Positions 49,967-63,403 of a stretch of 64,000 nucleotides of DNA are shown one piece after another (position 1 is the stretch's first letter; the number at the start of each line of letters is the position of its first letter). This DNA is from Octopus sinensis (Eukaryota), in the NCBI RefSeq assembly GCF_006345805.1, contig NC_043010.1, forward strand, positions 6,572,001 to 6,636,000. Direction: 5' to 3'. The notes beneath the pieces were generated by a model, which saw only the letters and a list, made by a program, of their open reading frames with translations, did no database searches and was not told the DNA's origin. Position numbers and translations under genes: made by a program.

Positions 49967-51067
49967 TTAGAGTTCTGACAGTCTGGCTTTTTGCAGAAAA
50001 TTTTGAAGGAAAAGGGAAGTTACACAACTAAAACTGCAAACTAAAAGCAATTTATATACACTCTAGCAATCATTTTAGCTTTTAGTTTGACTAGGTATAT
50101 CTAAGAATACATCATCTGTCTTTTTCTTTAAGGCCACAGGATATGATTTCGCAGAAATTTGGTTGCCACTTCAGGCAAATTTAGCAAATGCATCAATGTA
50201 TATTTGCTGGTACTTATATGTATTTTTTTCTTAGTGCTTATTCATTGTAAAAATTTATCATAATAACAAACAATGGTTATATTGTACTTCCCTGCAATAC
50301 ACAGCAAACATCTTTATGGATTACCTTCATAATAATGGTGAACCTTTTCTATTATAGACCAGCTAACTTTTATCAGGTTTTTTTTAAAGTATAATCTTTC
50401 AATTCTCCAAATTTTCGAATCTAACTGTATTACATCAGCAACAATTCAAGAAGTGCATATATCCTGTGTATTTTGGCTTAAATTCACAAATTGCTGATTC
50501 TATCTAACTCTTTTCAGTACCATATCTCAACAGCATGCTAGCTTGGTATATCACTAGTTAGGCATTTTGACATTTAACAGGCATTATAATGGGTTATTCA
50601 GCTAACCTAGGTAAATCTCAAAGGATGGTGTTGTTTTTATTGATTTTAAGTATTGTGCTTATTATATTTTCTGTGCAAGTATAGCTGACCTTAACATTGT
50701 TCTAAATATAGAGCTGTGATACTTATGATTTGTATGAAAATGTTTACTGGTGAAAGATTGGAAATTTTTTGCTCCGTTGGTCACTACGGTTTTTGTTAGA
50801 GTAGGGATTAAGCCAGATGATCTTTCTTATTCTGGTTCAGTTCATTTGTGTACAAGGGAATATATGCGTACGACTGTATGCACATATATGGGGGTGGGTG
50901 TAAATATATATATATATATATATATATATAGATACATACACATATATGCACATATATATATGTATGTATGTATGTATATATACACATATATACATACATA
51001 TATATATAAATACATACACATATATCATCATCGTCGTTTAACGTCCGTTCTCCATGCTAGCATGGGT

Positions 51068-51470
51068 TATATATATGTATGTATGTATGTATGTTTGTAT
51101 GTATGTATGTATGTATGTATGTATGTGTATGTATGTATGTATGTATGTATGTATGTATATATGTATGTATGTATGAATGTATGTATGTATGAATGAATGT
51201 ATGTATGTATCTTTATGTATGTATGTATGTATGTATATATGATGTATGTATGTATGTATGTATGTATGTATGTATGAATGTATGTATGTATGTATGTATG
51301 TATGTATGTATGTATAAATGTATGTATGAATGTATGTATGTATGTATGTATGTATGTATGAATGTATGTATGTATGTATGTATGTATGTATGTATGTATG
51401 TATGTATAAATGTATGTATGAATGTATGTATGTATGTATGTATATGTATATGAATAGTTATGTATGTAAA
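51068..51470. repeat. (TATG)n tetranucleotide array
   Basis: Direct observation. Confidence 0.95.
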
Positions 51471-51710
51471 TAAATACATAATTATATATAAATATTTGTG
51501 TGCATGTGTGCTTATATGGCAGTTCGTGATTTAGCGGTTATGGTGTAGTACTCGTGATTGTGAGATTGTGGTTTCAGTTTCTAGTCTGGGCAATGCATTG
51601 TGTTCTTGAGCAAAACACTTCTCTTTGCATTGCTTCTGTCCATTCACCTGACAAAAATGAGCAATCTTGCAATAGATCCTATACTGGAGGGAATATATAC
51701 ACCATATACA

Positions 51711-51941
51711 AGGCGGCGAGCTGGCAGAAACGTTAGCACACCGGGCGAAATGCATTGCCGTATTTCGTCTGCCGTTACGTTCCGAGTTCAAATTCCGCCG
51801 AGGTCGACTTTGCCTTTCATCCTTTTGGGGTCGATAAATTAAGTACCAGTTACGCACTGGGGTCGATGTAATTGACTTAATCTCTTTGTCTGTCCTTGTT
51901 CGTCTCCTCTGTGTTTAGCCCCTTGTAGGTAGTAAAGAAAT
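51711..51941 (+). mobile_element. SINE family B monomer with intact tRNA-like head
   Basis: aggcggcgagctggcagaaacgttagcacaccgggcgaaat...ccgagttcaaattccgccgagg. Confidence 0.88.
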
Positions 51942-51999
51942 ATATATACACCATAGAATCAAAGAAACTGGCCTTATTGGCCTATAGCTTGGGATGAAT

Positions 52000-52033
<34 letters not shown>

Positions 52034-52962
52034 ATATAAACAGAGTTAGCAGCTGTAGTAACCAACTAAGGGATAAAATATCCGTAGGTACTATCGGTAT
52101 CTGATACTGATATATGTTGAGCACACCATATATGTCAAGCACAGGTAACAATAGGATAAGCAAAAGTTTATCAGGAACCAATGCAAATAATTAGAAAATG
52201 GAGAAAAGCATAGATTATCCAGTACATCAATAGGACCACATTTAACTCTTCTTTACTAATACAAAGCAAGACATAACAAAGCTAACAGCTGTTTCAGATC
52301 AAAGTTCTCAGAATGCAGTCTATACATAAATGTAAGAATAAAATTCTTCATCTTCATAGGGCATTTGAATTAAGGCAACTGATCTTCATCTGAGTGAAAA
52401 CCAAGAGCATACAATATAAACAAAAGGGAGAAGGAAGAGGTAAGAAAACATGGTTTAGACGAATAGTCTAAAAGCCCAAAACGTAAAGTGGAGTTGACAG
52501 GGGTGATGTGTCAAATGGTCTGTCTTGAGCCTATTCAGACAAGGCAGAGTCCATCACTCTCCAAATGTAACTGCAATTATTTTCTTCAAGATGTAGAACA
52601 AGAGAGAAAAATATGGAAATATTCAAACATGAAAAAAAAAGAAAAAAAAGGAAAGTAAATGGAAGAAGAAAGAAAGAATCAACTCCAGAACAAGTACGAT
52701 GTTTGGGGGGACAAACACAGACACACAAACATACACATACACACACATATATATACATATATATGATGGGCTTCTTTCAGTTTCCGTCTACCAAATCCAC
52801 TCGCAAGGCTTTGGTCGGCCCGAGGCTATAGTAGAAGACACATATATATAAATTTATATAAATAAAGATAAGATCGTTATTTAAATACCGATCTTATCAG
52901 GTGATCAGCATGGGAATAAAAACCTTCAAATGTTATAATTATTATTAAAATTATAATTTAAG

Positions 52963-53029
52963 GTATCTGAGAGATACCACCATGCTGGAAATAGCTGCTA
53001 TTTCCAGCGTGGTGGTATCTCTTAGATAC
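52963..53029. repeat. 67-bp palindrome (33-bp arms, 1-nt centre)
   Basis: gtatctgagagataccaccatgctggaaatagc-t-gctatttccagcgtggtggtatctcttagatac; two mismatches, both G-U compatible on the + strand. Confidence 0.9.
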
Positions 53030-53123
53030 TCTAAAAAATAATACTTATATATCTATATATATATGCAACAAGCTAGCAGAATTGTTAGTTTGCTGGACAA
53101 AATGCTTAGCATCATCTTTCCCA

Positions 53124-53530
53124 GTGATATATGTATGGAAGATCCAGGAGGGGTTGGCACCAAACCTTGACATTGAGAACTATAGCAGCCCCTGAGCTGG
53201 ATGTCCCTGCACTGTTCCAAAGGTACCAGCTATACCATCTAGAGTGAAGTTCATGTACTGTGGTAGCTTGGGATTCAAGGACCCATGGTTATTTAATACC
53301 TTAGCAAAACATCTGAAGAGTCTACATGGTGTAGGGGTAGATGTTTTCAAGAAACAACTCAGCCTCCTGCTGTCCAAGGTCCCAGCTGTACCTACATCAT
53401 GGCAGGAATGTTGAACTCCCTCCTTCACCAAAAGCTAATTACAAAAAAATGACCCATTGAAAAGGTGATAACACTGGTGGTGCCCCAGTATGGCCACACC
53501 CAGCTGAAGTGCATAACAGAATAAAAGAAC
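53124..53530 (+). mobile_element. 3' fragment of a second CR1-type LINE family
   Basis: IYVWKIQEGLAPN...YCGSLGFKDPWLFNTLAKHLKSLHGVGVDVFKKQLSLLLSKVP; 3' end gtgccccagtatggccaca...ataaaagaa. Confidence 0.65.
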
Positions 53531-53781
53531 AAAGGAATTTGTGTGTATGTATCTATCAGGTGATCTTTCACAGACACACACACACATATATATATGTGTA
53601 TGCATATATATATATTTATACACACATATACACACATTTATATACACACACACACATATATGTATATACATGTATACTCACATATATACATATGTATGTA
53701 TGTGTATATATATTATATTTGTGTGTATATATATATGTGTGTGTGTGTGTATGTATATATATATATATGTATATATGTATG

Positions 53782-53838
<57 letters not shown>

Positions 53839-53947
53839 ATATATATATATATATAATAATAAATATTAGGGAATAAATCCAAATTTACAGGGAAAAAATC
53901 AGATTTAGGATTAAATCCAATTTTATTGAAACTGACTTATTGGAAGT

Positions 53948-53990
53948 CCACCTGAAGATTGTCGATCAAGACAAGAAACGATTGTAGTGG
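53948..53990 (+). ncRNA. Minimal type-I hammerhead ribozyme with canonical core
   Basis: ccac-CTGAAGA-ttgtc-gatcaa-gacaa-GAAAC-gatt-GTA-gtgg: stem I ccac/gtgg, 5-bp stem II, short stem III. Confidence 0.7.
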
Positions 53991-55419
53991 CGGTTTTTTT
54001 GACTATTTATTAAAATTTTATGTATTGATTAAGTCTTTCCTTGTTTGTTTTGCAAAATAGTGGTTTTGTCTCTAATAATATTTTATATATATATATATAA
54101 TATATATATATACATACATACATACATACATATATAAAATATGGATTAGAGATAAAGCCACTATTTTGCAAAACAAACAATGATAGACATAAACCAAAAC
54201 ATAAAAAACAAATAAAATATATTTTTATGAAACATTTAACTAGATCACCACACACACACACCACACACATATATATATATGTGAATATATAAAATACAGG
54301 ATATGTGTCTGTCTGTGAGTTTGTCATATTGTTAAAACTCAAGATTTACCCAACCGATTTTAATGAAATTTTATACATGTATAGCATAGTGTTCATGGAG
54401 TGCCATGGGCCAAAACAATTTTCAGTTTCTTGCCTAATGTGGGCCTAGGGGCAGATAAATTGCATGTTTAAAGCATTTTTGCAGCATTAAGGCCAAGAAC
54501 ATGAAGAGTATCCAGTCACTTTCCTCCAAATTTGCAACAAACATTAATCAGGCTTATCAAATTGCTGCTAACTAAAAAAAATTTCCAACGCTGACTATGG
54601 TCCCACAAAATGCAGATTAATCAGATTTGAGTATACTGTCCAGGGTTTTTATCTTTGTTTCAGGCCATTTTCTGACTATGAAATATTGACACTACTCATG
54701 CATTATAAGTAGCGTATAATATTTCATGAAAACCATTTTTGTCCAATTTGGCAGAGGAAATGAGAAGAACATTAAAATTTTTGTCGGTGCCCTGTTGATG
54801 CTTCATGTTACCATCCCACACATCACCAGGCTGTGTGTGTGTGTAGCAGTTGGGTAAAGGCACCACAAACCCATTCATCCATTCTCCAGAACTACCCTGT
54901 TGATGTTTCATGTTTTCAACACAGCATGGCCCGGCAGCATGTCTGCTTTCTGTGTCATCGATGTCTAATGCAAAATGTTCGTATAATGTAAAATGTTCGT
55001 ACAAAGAAACAAACTGCTGTTGTGACTCACAGCCATTTGCGTTTGACCACTTCCGGAAGCTACGCCTACCATCTGCAATTAGTCCCCACCCACTGTGTTC
55101 CCTCCCCCTTTAGTCACATGAGTAAATATAGGGTGTCCCAGAATTAATGATGATTTGAGTAAAATTGGATGCATTTTTTAAAAAACTCACTTTTATTTAT
55201 GTTTAGCATGTTCAATATGTATTAAAAGTGTATAAATTTTGAATTTTGTTTACAATTTTATTTTCATTCCTGTTGGGCCCCTCTTATTTGTCTATGACAG
55301 CCTTTTTTCAATTTGGCAGCAATCATTTTCTTTACCTCTGTCCCCAAGATAGAACAATCATTTAGCTGTGTCCATAGCTTACATTGGATACATCTTATGG
55401 AGTTTCTACCTACACTTTT

Positions 55420-55808
55420 CCTACAGATCGAGCTGGGCCATCTACCTGAAGGGTGTTTGCCTTCCTACTTTCTAGGACTTTGTGTTTGCTACCTTGATTC
55501 TAAGGCCCTTCGATCCTAAATCTTGCTTCCACACCTGAAATTTCTTCTCTAGTTCTGGTAGTGATTCTGCTATAAGGACCACGTCATTCATGTAGAGGAG
55601 CTCCCAGGGGCAACGTGTCTTGAATTCCTGTGTTATTGCCTGGAGAACTATGATGAATTAGAGGGAACTGAGGGCTGATCCTTGGTGGACCCCTACTTCT
55701 ACCTGGAATTCTTCACTATACTCATTGTCAACCCTAACCTTACAAATGGCACCCCAGTATTGGGCCTGTACAGCCCTTATTAACCATTTGTCAATCCCTA
55801 GTTTCCGC
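55420..55808 (-). pseudogene. RTE-clade reverse transcriptase fragment
   Basis: RKLGIDKWLIRAVQAQY...EEFQVEVGVHQGSALSSL*FIIVLQAITQEFKTRCPWELLYMND (degenerate YADD). Confidence 0.8.
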
Positions 55809-55856
55809 ACATATATATATATATATTCAAACACACACATGCACACACACACACAC

Positions 55857-56165
55857 ACCATCCGACCGTGGCCATTGCCAGCTTCGTCTGGTCCCCGTGC
55901 TGGTGGCACGTAAAAAGCACCATCCAATCGTGGCCGTTTAACAGCCTCGTCTGGCACCTGTGCCGGTGGCACGTAAAAAGTACCCACTACACTCATGGAG
56001 TGGTTGGCGTTAGGAAGGACATCCAGCCGTAGAAACACTGCCAAATCAAGATTGGGCCTGGTGCAGCCTTCTTGTTTCCCAGACCCCAGTTGAACCATCC
56101 AACCCATGCCAGCATGGAAAGCGGACGCTAAACGATGATGATGATGATCATCATCATCATCAGCA
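55857..56165 (+). mobile_element. RTE-3'UTR-derived element with 2-3 array units and (GAT)n tail
   Basis: Matches 4900-5195. Confidence 0.8.
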
Positions 56166-56930
56166 TCATATATTTGTACATACCCGACATATACAGAGAG
56201 ACACACACACAAGAATGACTCAGTTTACTTGGAATGTGGTTACTTAAGCAGGATTTTTCTTTTTATCATGTTATCTTATCATTATTAATCCTTTATATAT
56301 TTGTACCCTATTTTGCCCTATCCTAGCTTTTTATGAAACATGACCTGCAAAAAAGAAAAAAAACACTGAGAAAATGACACACAGCCACACACACATGCAC
56401 CATCTCATATATGTGTATATGTAGATAAAAAAAAAAAAAAGAGAAGGGGTTTCGTGTAGACAAAGAAGGATTACAAAGCCTGATTAAATCATTAATTGGC
56501 AGATGGGTAGAAATTTAATCATCGGCTGATACATCCACTAAAGTAGGTCCTGGAGTAGGTATGGTTAGCTAGTATGATACAGAATATTATGCTTATCCCC
56601 TGCCCCTACTTACAGCGTGAAATTCATCGAAAGATGGTTTTAGAAAGCGTTACTCTTATCAATATTATAAGGTAATAGGTGCAGACACGGTGGTGTGGTT
56701 AAGAATCTAGCTTTGCAGCCATGTGGTCTCGGGTTCAGTCCCACTTGAGCAAATGTCTTCTATTATAACCTCAGGTTGACCAAGGTATGTGTGTGAATTT
56801 GGTAGGCATAAATTGCTGAAGTCCATTATGTTTGTGTATATATATGTATATATATATATATAGTAAAAAATAATTGCCAACTATATGTAGCAGTCCCATA
56901 GAGGATGATGCTAGTGTTGTTTTAGCCCCG

Positions 56931-57017
56931 GGAGGACATATGGCATAGTGGTTAAGAGCGCAGGCTAATAACCCCAAGATTCCTATTTCGATTCCAATCA
57001 GTGACCTGAACAATAAC

Positions 57018-57049
<32 letters not shown>

Positions 57050-57209
57050 TAATAATAACATAAAAAAAAAATCCTTAGGAATGAGAACCCTGGTTCGAAA
57101 TTTCCCCAAGACACCTGAAGAAGGTTGGAGGGTATATAAGCCGAAATGATGTATTAACAACAAACAAGATGAGGACAAATATCCATCGAATGTAAATAAT
57201 GTAAATAAT
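56931..57209 (+). mobile_element. tRNA-headed SINE (family E) with (AAT)n linker and a hammerhead-like 3' module, nested in a SINE A remnant
   Basis: tggcatagtggttaag (A box), tttcgattcc (B-box-like), acac-CTGAAGA-a-ggttg...aagcc-GAAAT-gat-gtat at 57111-57154, tail aatgtaaataatgtaaataat. Confidence 0.65.
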
Positions 57210-59295
57210 GGTGCTGGTGTGTTCAAATTCCTGCCAATAGAATAAGTAGCAGGCTTTAAAAAATAAGTACTGAGGTTCATTTGTTTAAAGAAACCCTTCA
57301 AGGCAGTGCCCTAGCATGAATGCTGTCTAATGAATGAAATAGTAGATGAAAGGGAGTATTTTATGCTGTTGTGAGGATGGATTGATCACCAATTTTGTCA
57401 GGATTGTGGTGTTAGATGTGTGTTGCATTGTTGAAGACCATCATGTGGTTTAGCTGGCTGCATGTATAATAAATGAAGCAGCTCGCAAACTCTTAACTTT
57501 TAGCATATTTATTGCTGGACATGATTTACTGCATTGGCTGTTTACAAAAGAAAGATGCTGATAATATATAACTGCTGACTAGAATGAGAGAACCATACTG
57601 TGTCTTGTAGAAGGCTATAGCTGTGGTATATCATGTGTGGGTGTCTGAAGTTGTTTCTTTCTCCAGGTGGTCTGGTCTTTGTAGTCTGCCTTCTGTGAAT
57701 GCCAAAGGGGGTCTACACAAATGACTGAGTTCATCTAGTCAGTGGTCTAGTCTGCTGAGGCTGTCTGGCTGTGTTGGGTACCAAACAGTTTTTATAGGGT
57801 GAAAAGAGAGCAAATTTAAAAGCATCTAAGGAACTATACCACATCACACCACACCATAACTTCATGCGGATTGGTAGAATTTATAGATCATTTACATGAA
57901 ACTCATGATTCCTAATTGAATATCTTGCAGTTGGAGTTTGAAGCCTTGTAATGTGATAATTCAAATTGCTAGAAGCAGCAGTTATATCTCACTCAAATCA
58001 TAACTTATTATTTAAGGAAAAAAAACCCAGACAAAATGGAAAAATCGTCTTATATATAGTGTACCTGAAAAAAATTACTAGCTGATCATGGCTTGGACAC
58101 TTTTCATTATTGGTTAGCTAACTACAGCAATAACAACATCAACAACAATAACAACAAAAGCAATAACAATACAACTACAACTAATTCTACATCTACAACT
58201 ACAATTTAAGATAGCAACAATAAAAGAACAAAAATAAGCAACTGAATATATAATGCCAACATACATAAACACACACTGATTTATACATACATTGCTATTA
58301 CACACACAACTCATAAACACCATATTGCTATACACATTATATACACACAAAGGCAGAAAGAAAGCCTCAATAAGGGCCATTCAATCAGCTAGAAATAGCA
58401 GCTAGATCACCTTCAGTTCATTCCATAGCATCAGTAATGTTACATTAGATAATACAGCATGAGAAAATTTATGATTGTTAGGAATGGTCATATCTGGAAT
58501 GCCTTTGATCATAAATCAGTATGATCGATGTCAAGCTGGGGTTAAACAACAACAACAACAGCAACAACAACATGAGCACAAAGAAATCAGTCAGAAACTG
58601 TCACAAAGGAACTCATTAAGCTATGTCTACACATGTAGCATACTATGCAAAAAAAAACCCCCACATGCACACATGTATAAATGCACAGACACATACATAC
58701 AGATACACAGATTCACAGGCACATACTTACACATGAACACACTCTTTCATATTGACACACAAATGTTCATACACACACACATGCACACATGTACATACTT
58801 ATACATGCACAGACATAGAAACTTACATACGCACACAGATTTTCAAACAGATATATTTGAGCACACACACACTCACATACACACACACGCACACACACAC
58901 ACACACACACATGTATTCACATGTGCACACACATACGCAAAAACACATATACATACATATAAAAGTTCATTATTTGTTTTGCCAGTAAATGAGGAGCATT
59001 GAATATTTGAAAACTAAACAGATATATTGAGATCAATGAACAGTTCACAGGCTTCTGATGAAAGACTTTGATACATATAACAAATTAATTAATTAAATGA
59101 TAATTAATTAATTAATTAAGAAGTGAATAATGATTACACTTAGTGTTTATCATTGTCAAAGATTGCTCCCAAAATATACACTCAAACATGCACACATACT
59201 CACACACATACATGCATGTGCACACACACACATTTTCCTGGTATGTGTCGATGTGTGTGTGTGCATATATATAAATATATATATATATATGTATG

Positions 59296-59326
<31 letters not shown>

Positions 59327-59819
59327 GAAACACGTTCGCTTTATCTCTACAGATATTTTATGAGACCCTACCAGTAATTAACACACACATGCACACACAC
59401 ACACATGCATGCACGCACACACACAAACACACACATACACATACACACACACAGACACACATATATAGAGAAAGATATGTATATGAAATATTAAATATAC
59501 ATATATCTACATTAAATATATTATATCCTCTATCCACTGTGTATGCCTAAAATGATTCATTTATGTATACATACATACAAATACACACACACACACACAT
59601 ACACATGATATATACATACATCTGTGCATGTGTATATATATAAGTACATATATGTGTGTGTGTGTGTATGTGAGTATATATATATATATATATTAGAAAA
59701 ACCACCTTTTATCAATTCAAAATGAAAAATTAAATTACACCATCTAGAAAATTACATATAATAGGAAGATTAAATATAAGATGAAAAATATAACGATGAT
59801 TAATTATATATATAATTAT

Positions 59820-59854
<35 letters not shown>

Positions 59855-60331
59855 CTTGTTTCAGTCATTAAAATGTAGTCATGCTGGAGCACTGCCTTGA
59901 AAAATTCTAGTTAAATCAGTCGAGCCCAGTCAACTGATTTTAACCTGGGGCTTACTCTATCAGAGTCATTTGCTGAACCACTAAGTTACAGGGATGTAAA
60001 CATACTGAAACCAGTTGTCAAGCAGCAATGGGGGACAAACAAAGACACAAAGACACACTCATATAAATACAAGTTTCTTTCAGTTTCTCTCTACCAAATC
60101 CATTTACAAGGCTTCCCTCAGTCTGAGGTTATGCAATAGTAGACACTTGTCCAAGGTGTCAAGCAATGATACTGAACTTAGTAAGAAACTGGAAAATGCA
60201 ATATACTATCTTTATTGGACTATATCATGCATGCAAAGATACATGCATAGATACATACATAGATACATACATAGACACAGACACACACACAACTGCTTCA
60301 AGACCTCCAGCTGCTATATCTGGATTACAAC

Positions 60332-60646
60332 TCTCTTTACTCTTTTACTTGTTTCAGTCATTTGACTGCGGCCATGCTGGAGCACCGCCTTTTGTCGAGC
60401 AAATCGACCACAGGACTTATTCTTTGTAAGCCCAGTACTTATTCTATCGGTCTCTTTTGCCGAACCGCTAAGTGACGGGGACGTAAACACACCAGCATCG
60501 GTTGTCAAGCGATGTTTGTGGTGGACAAACACAGACACACAAACATATACATACATATATATATATACATATATATGACGGGCTTCTTTCAGTTTCTGTC
60601 TACCAAATCCACTCACAAGGCTTTGGTCGGCCCGAGGCTATAGTAG
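60332..60646 (-). mobile_element. SINE family A, 5'-truncated
   Basis: Reverse complement of family A. Confidence 0.85.
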
Positions 60647-60935
60647 ATTTATACCAATAATAATTGGAGGAATTGGTTTTGTAAGTAAAATGCCTAACTG
60701 TCAGTCTGGATAAGCTTGGATTTTCAGAAAAGGAAATCAACCAACTGATTCACACACATTACAGAAACGGTTTGTAAGCAGAACAGGGTAACTCTGCAAG
60801 ACCTTTCTCAGGCTTAAAATCTGACATCGTTTCCGTTATCTACATTCTGAAGATGGAGACTTATATCTTTGTTAGAAACCAGCACCTTCCACAACGGAAG
60901 AATTTAAATGATTAAAAGCAGAGGACACCATATAT

Positions 60936-61240
60936 GTTTGTTTGTTCCTTCTCGAGCCATGCCTGGCTCATAAGGGCCGGTTTCCCGGTTTCCTTGGTGT
61001 ATAGGTTCCCCACCTGGACAGGATGCCGGTCCATCGCAGGTGAGCTGCAAGATGCAGGAGGAAAGAGTGAGAGAAAGTTGTGGCAAAAGAGTCAGCAGAA
61101 GTTCGCCATTACCTTCTGCCGGAGCCGTGTGGAGCTTAGGTGTTTTGCTCATAAACACACGCATCGCCCACTCTGAGATTTGAACCCGCGATCCCTCGAC
61201 TGCGAGTCCGCTGCTCTAACCACAAGGCCATGTGCCTCCA
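60936..61240 (-). mobile_element. tRNA-derived SINE family C
   Basis: Reverse complement of 63404-63700; (AAAC)n-like tail. Confidence 0.85.
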
Positions 61241-62231
61241 CAGACATATATGCATACATACTTACATACACACATACACACATACATACATACATACATA
61301 CATGCATGCATGCATACACATACATACATACATACACACATACATACATACATACATACATACATACATACATACATACATACACACATACGTAATGTAT
61401 ATAAGTTAATACTGCTTCTGTTTGTGCTTCAAATGGTGTCATTTTATACATGTTTGTGTGCATGTATGTACATACACATATATATATATATGTGTATGTG
61501 TGTGTGTGTATGTCTGACTAATGGGAAAGTGGATGTTAGGACAATGGTGACAATTTTGATGATGATGATGTGTGTGAATGCATATGCATATATCTATATA
61601 TATATATGCATTTATATGTTTATGTACGCTCATTATCTGTTTGTTTAAAACTAAGTTAATGGGTGGCTGATGTGTTTGATGTGATGTTAAAATTAGCATT
61701 CTGATCAAGCAGAAGTTAATCTTTAAGGAAGGGAGAGGGAGAGAGATGTATTATTAGTGAAATGATATTTAAATACATACATATATATACATATATATAA
61801 ATCAGATGGACAGACTTGCTTATTAACTGGTGGTCTAATCCTTCAATAATCTCCGTGGCTGTTGTCATGATAATAATACCATTATAAGGAAATTGAAATA
61901 CATAATAATATATCATCAAACTTAATCTGGCATAATTTACAATAGTAATAGTAATGGAAATTCACTGGTAGAGACCAGACTCCAATAGTATTGTGTAGCA
62001 CCTGAATAAAATATAATAAGTACAATACTGGTGTTTCACTGCAGGTCATCAGGCAGAAATTGTTGTTTAATTTAAGTCAGCCCTAATCATACTAACTTAT
62101 GATTAAGAGGAATGAAATAGCAGTCATGAGAGTATCAGATAGAATGCCTTGTGGGGTTTACCTTGGTTCTCTATGCTCGGGGTTTAAATCTCATTGAGGT
62201 CAATTTTTACCTTTCATTCTTTTGGGAGTAC

Positions 62232-62641
62232 CTCTTTTACTCTTTTACTTGTTTCAGTCATTTGACTGCGGCCATGCTGGAGCACCGCTTTTAGTCGAGC
62301 AAATCGACCCTGGGACTTATTCTTTGTAAGCCTAGTACTTATTCTATCAGACTCTTTTTGCCGAACTGCTAAGTTATGGGGACGTAAACACACCATCGGT
62401 TGTCAAGTGATGTTGGGAGGGGGGACAAACAGAAACCCATAAACATATACACACACATACATATATATATATATACATACATACGAGGGGCTTCTTTCAG
62501 TTTCCGTCTACCAAATCCACTCACAAGGCTTTGGTCTGCCCGTGGCTATAGTAGAAGACACTTGCCCAAGTTGCCACGCAGTGGGATTGAACCCGGAACC
62601 ATGTGGTTGGTAAGCAAGCTACTTACCACACAGCCACTCCT
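62232..62641 (-). mobile_element. SINE family A, full length
   Basis: Reverse complement of family A. Confidence 0.88.
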
Positions 62642-63403
62642 GTACCTATATTGATGAAAATAAATGCACCAATCCAGGACCGTAGATTTGGTGTGACTGA
62701 AATGTGCAGGCGTGGTTGTCTGGTCGAAAAGCTTACTTCCCAACTATGTGGTCTTGGATTCAGTCCTACTGGGTCATATCTTCTACTATAGCTCTGGGCC
62801 TACTAAAGGTTTGTGAGTGGATTTGGCAAAAAGAAACTGAAAATAAACCTCTTGTATAATGTGTGTGTGCAATGTGTGTGTGTGTGTTTGCATACATGTG
62901 TGTGCATGTGTATGTGTTTACATGTACCTTTACCTTGCAATTATATGATGCTTGTAAAGAAGCATCACCAACATACAAGCAGCGTTGTTCATTTCCAGTT
63001 TGCTGTGTAAAACATATCAGGCCAAGGGAAAATGTTACTTTGCTTGGAAAGAAACAAGGGTTGGTAACAAGAAAGGCATCCAGCCATATAAAATCTGCTT
63101 CAATAAATTCTGTCCGACCCACGCAAGCATGGAAGAGCAAATGTTAAATGATGATGATGATGATAACGATGATGTAAGAATGTCACGCTGATGCCTTGTG
63201 GTATTTGTCCTGGTTCTTCAGTATTAGACTTATGCTGTTCAGTTTAGCATCAACATCAAGTAGTTTGGGTGCCTTTAGCACAATCCGTTATGTTGTCATC
63301 AGCCCAAAAATTCTATGGATTTCTTCTAAACTAATTATTTTCCAGCTATAAAAAATATCTTGTTTCATAAAATGTTCAGTTTTTACCCTTGGGTTATGAT
63401 TGT

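Noticed and set aside
55127-55230. Tc1-like terminus tagggtgtccc
   Set aside because: No matching second TIR or transposase remnant found.
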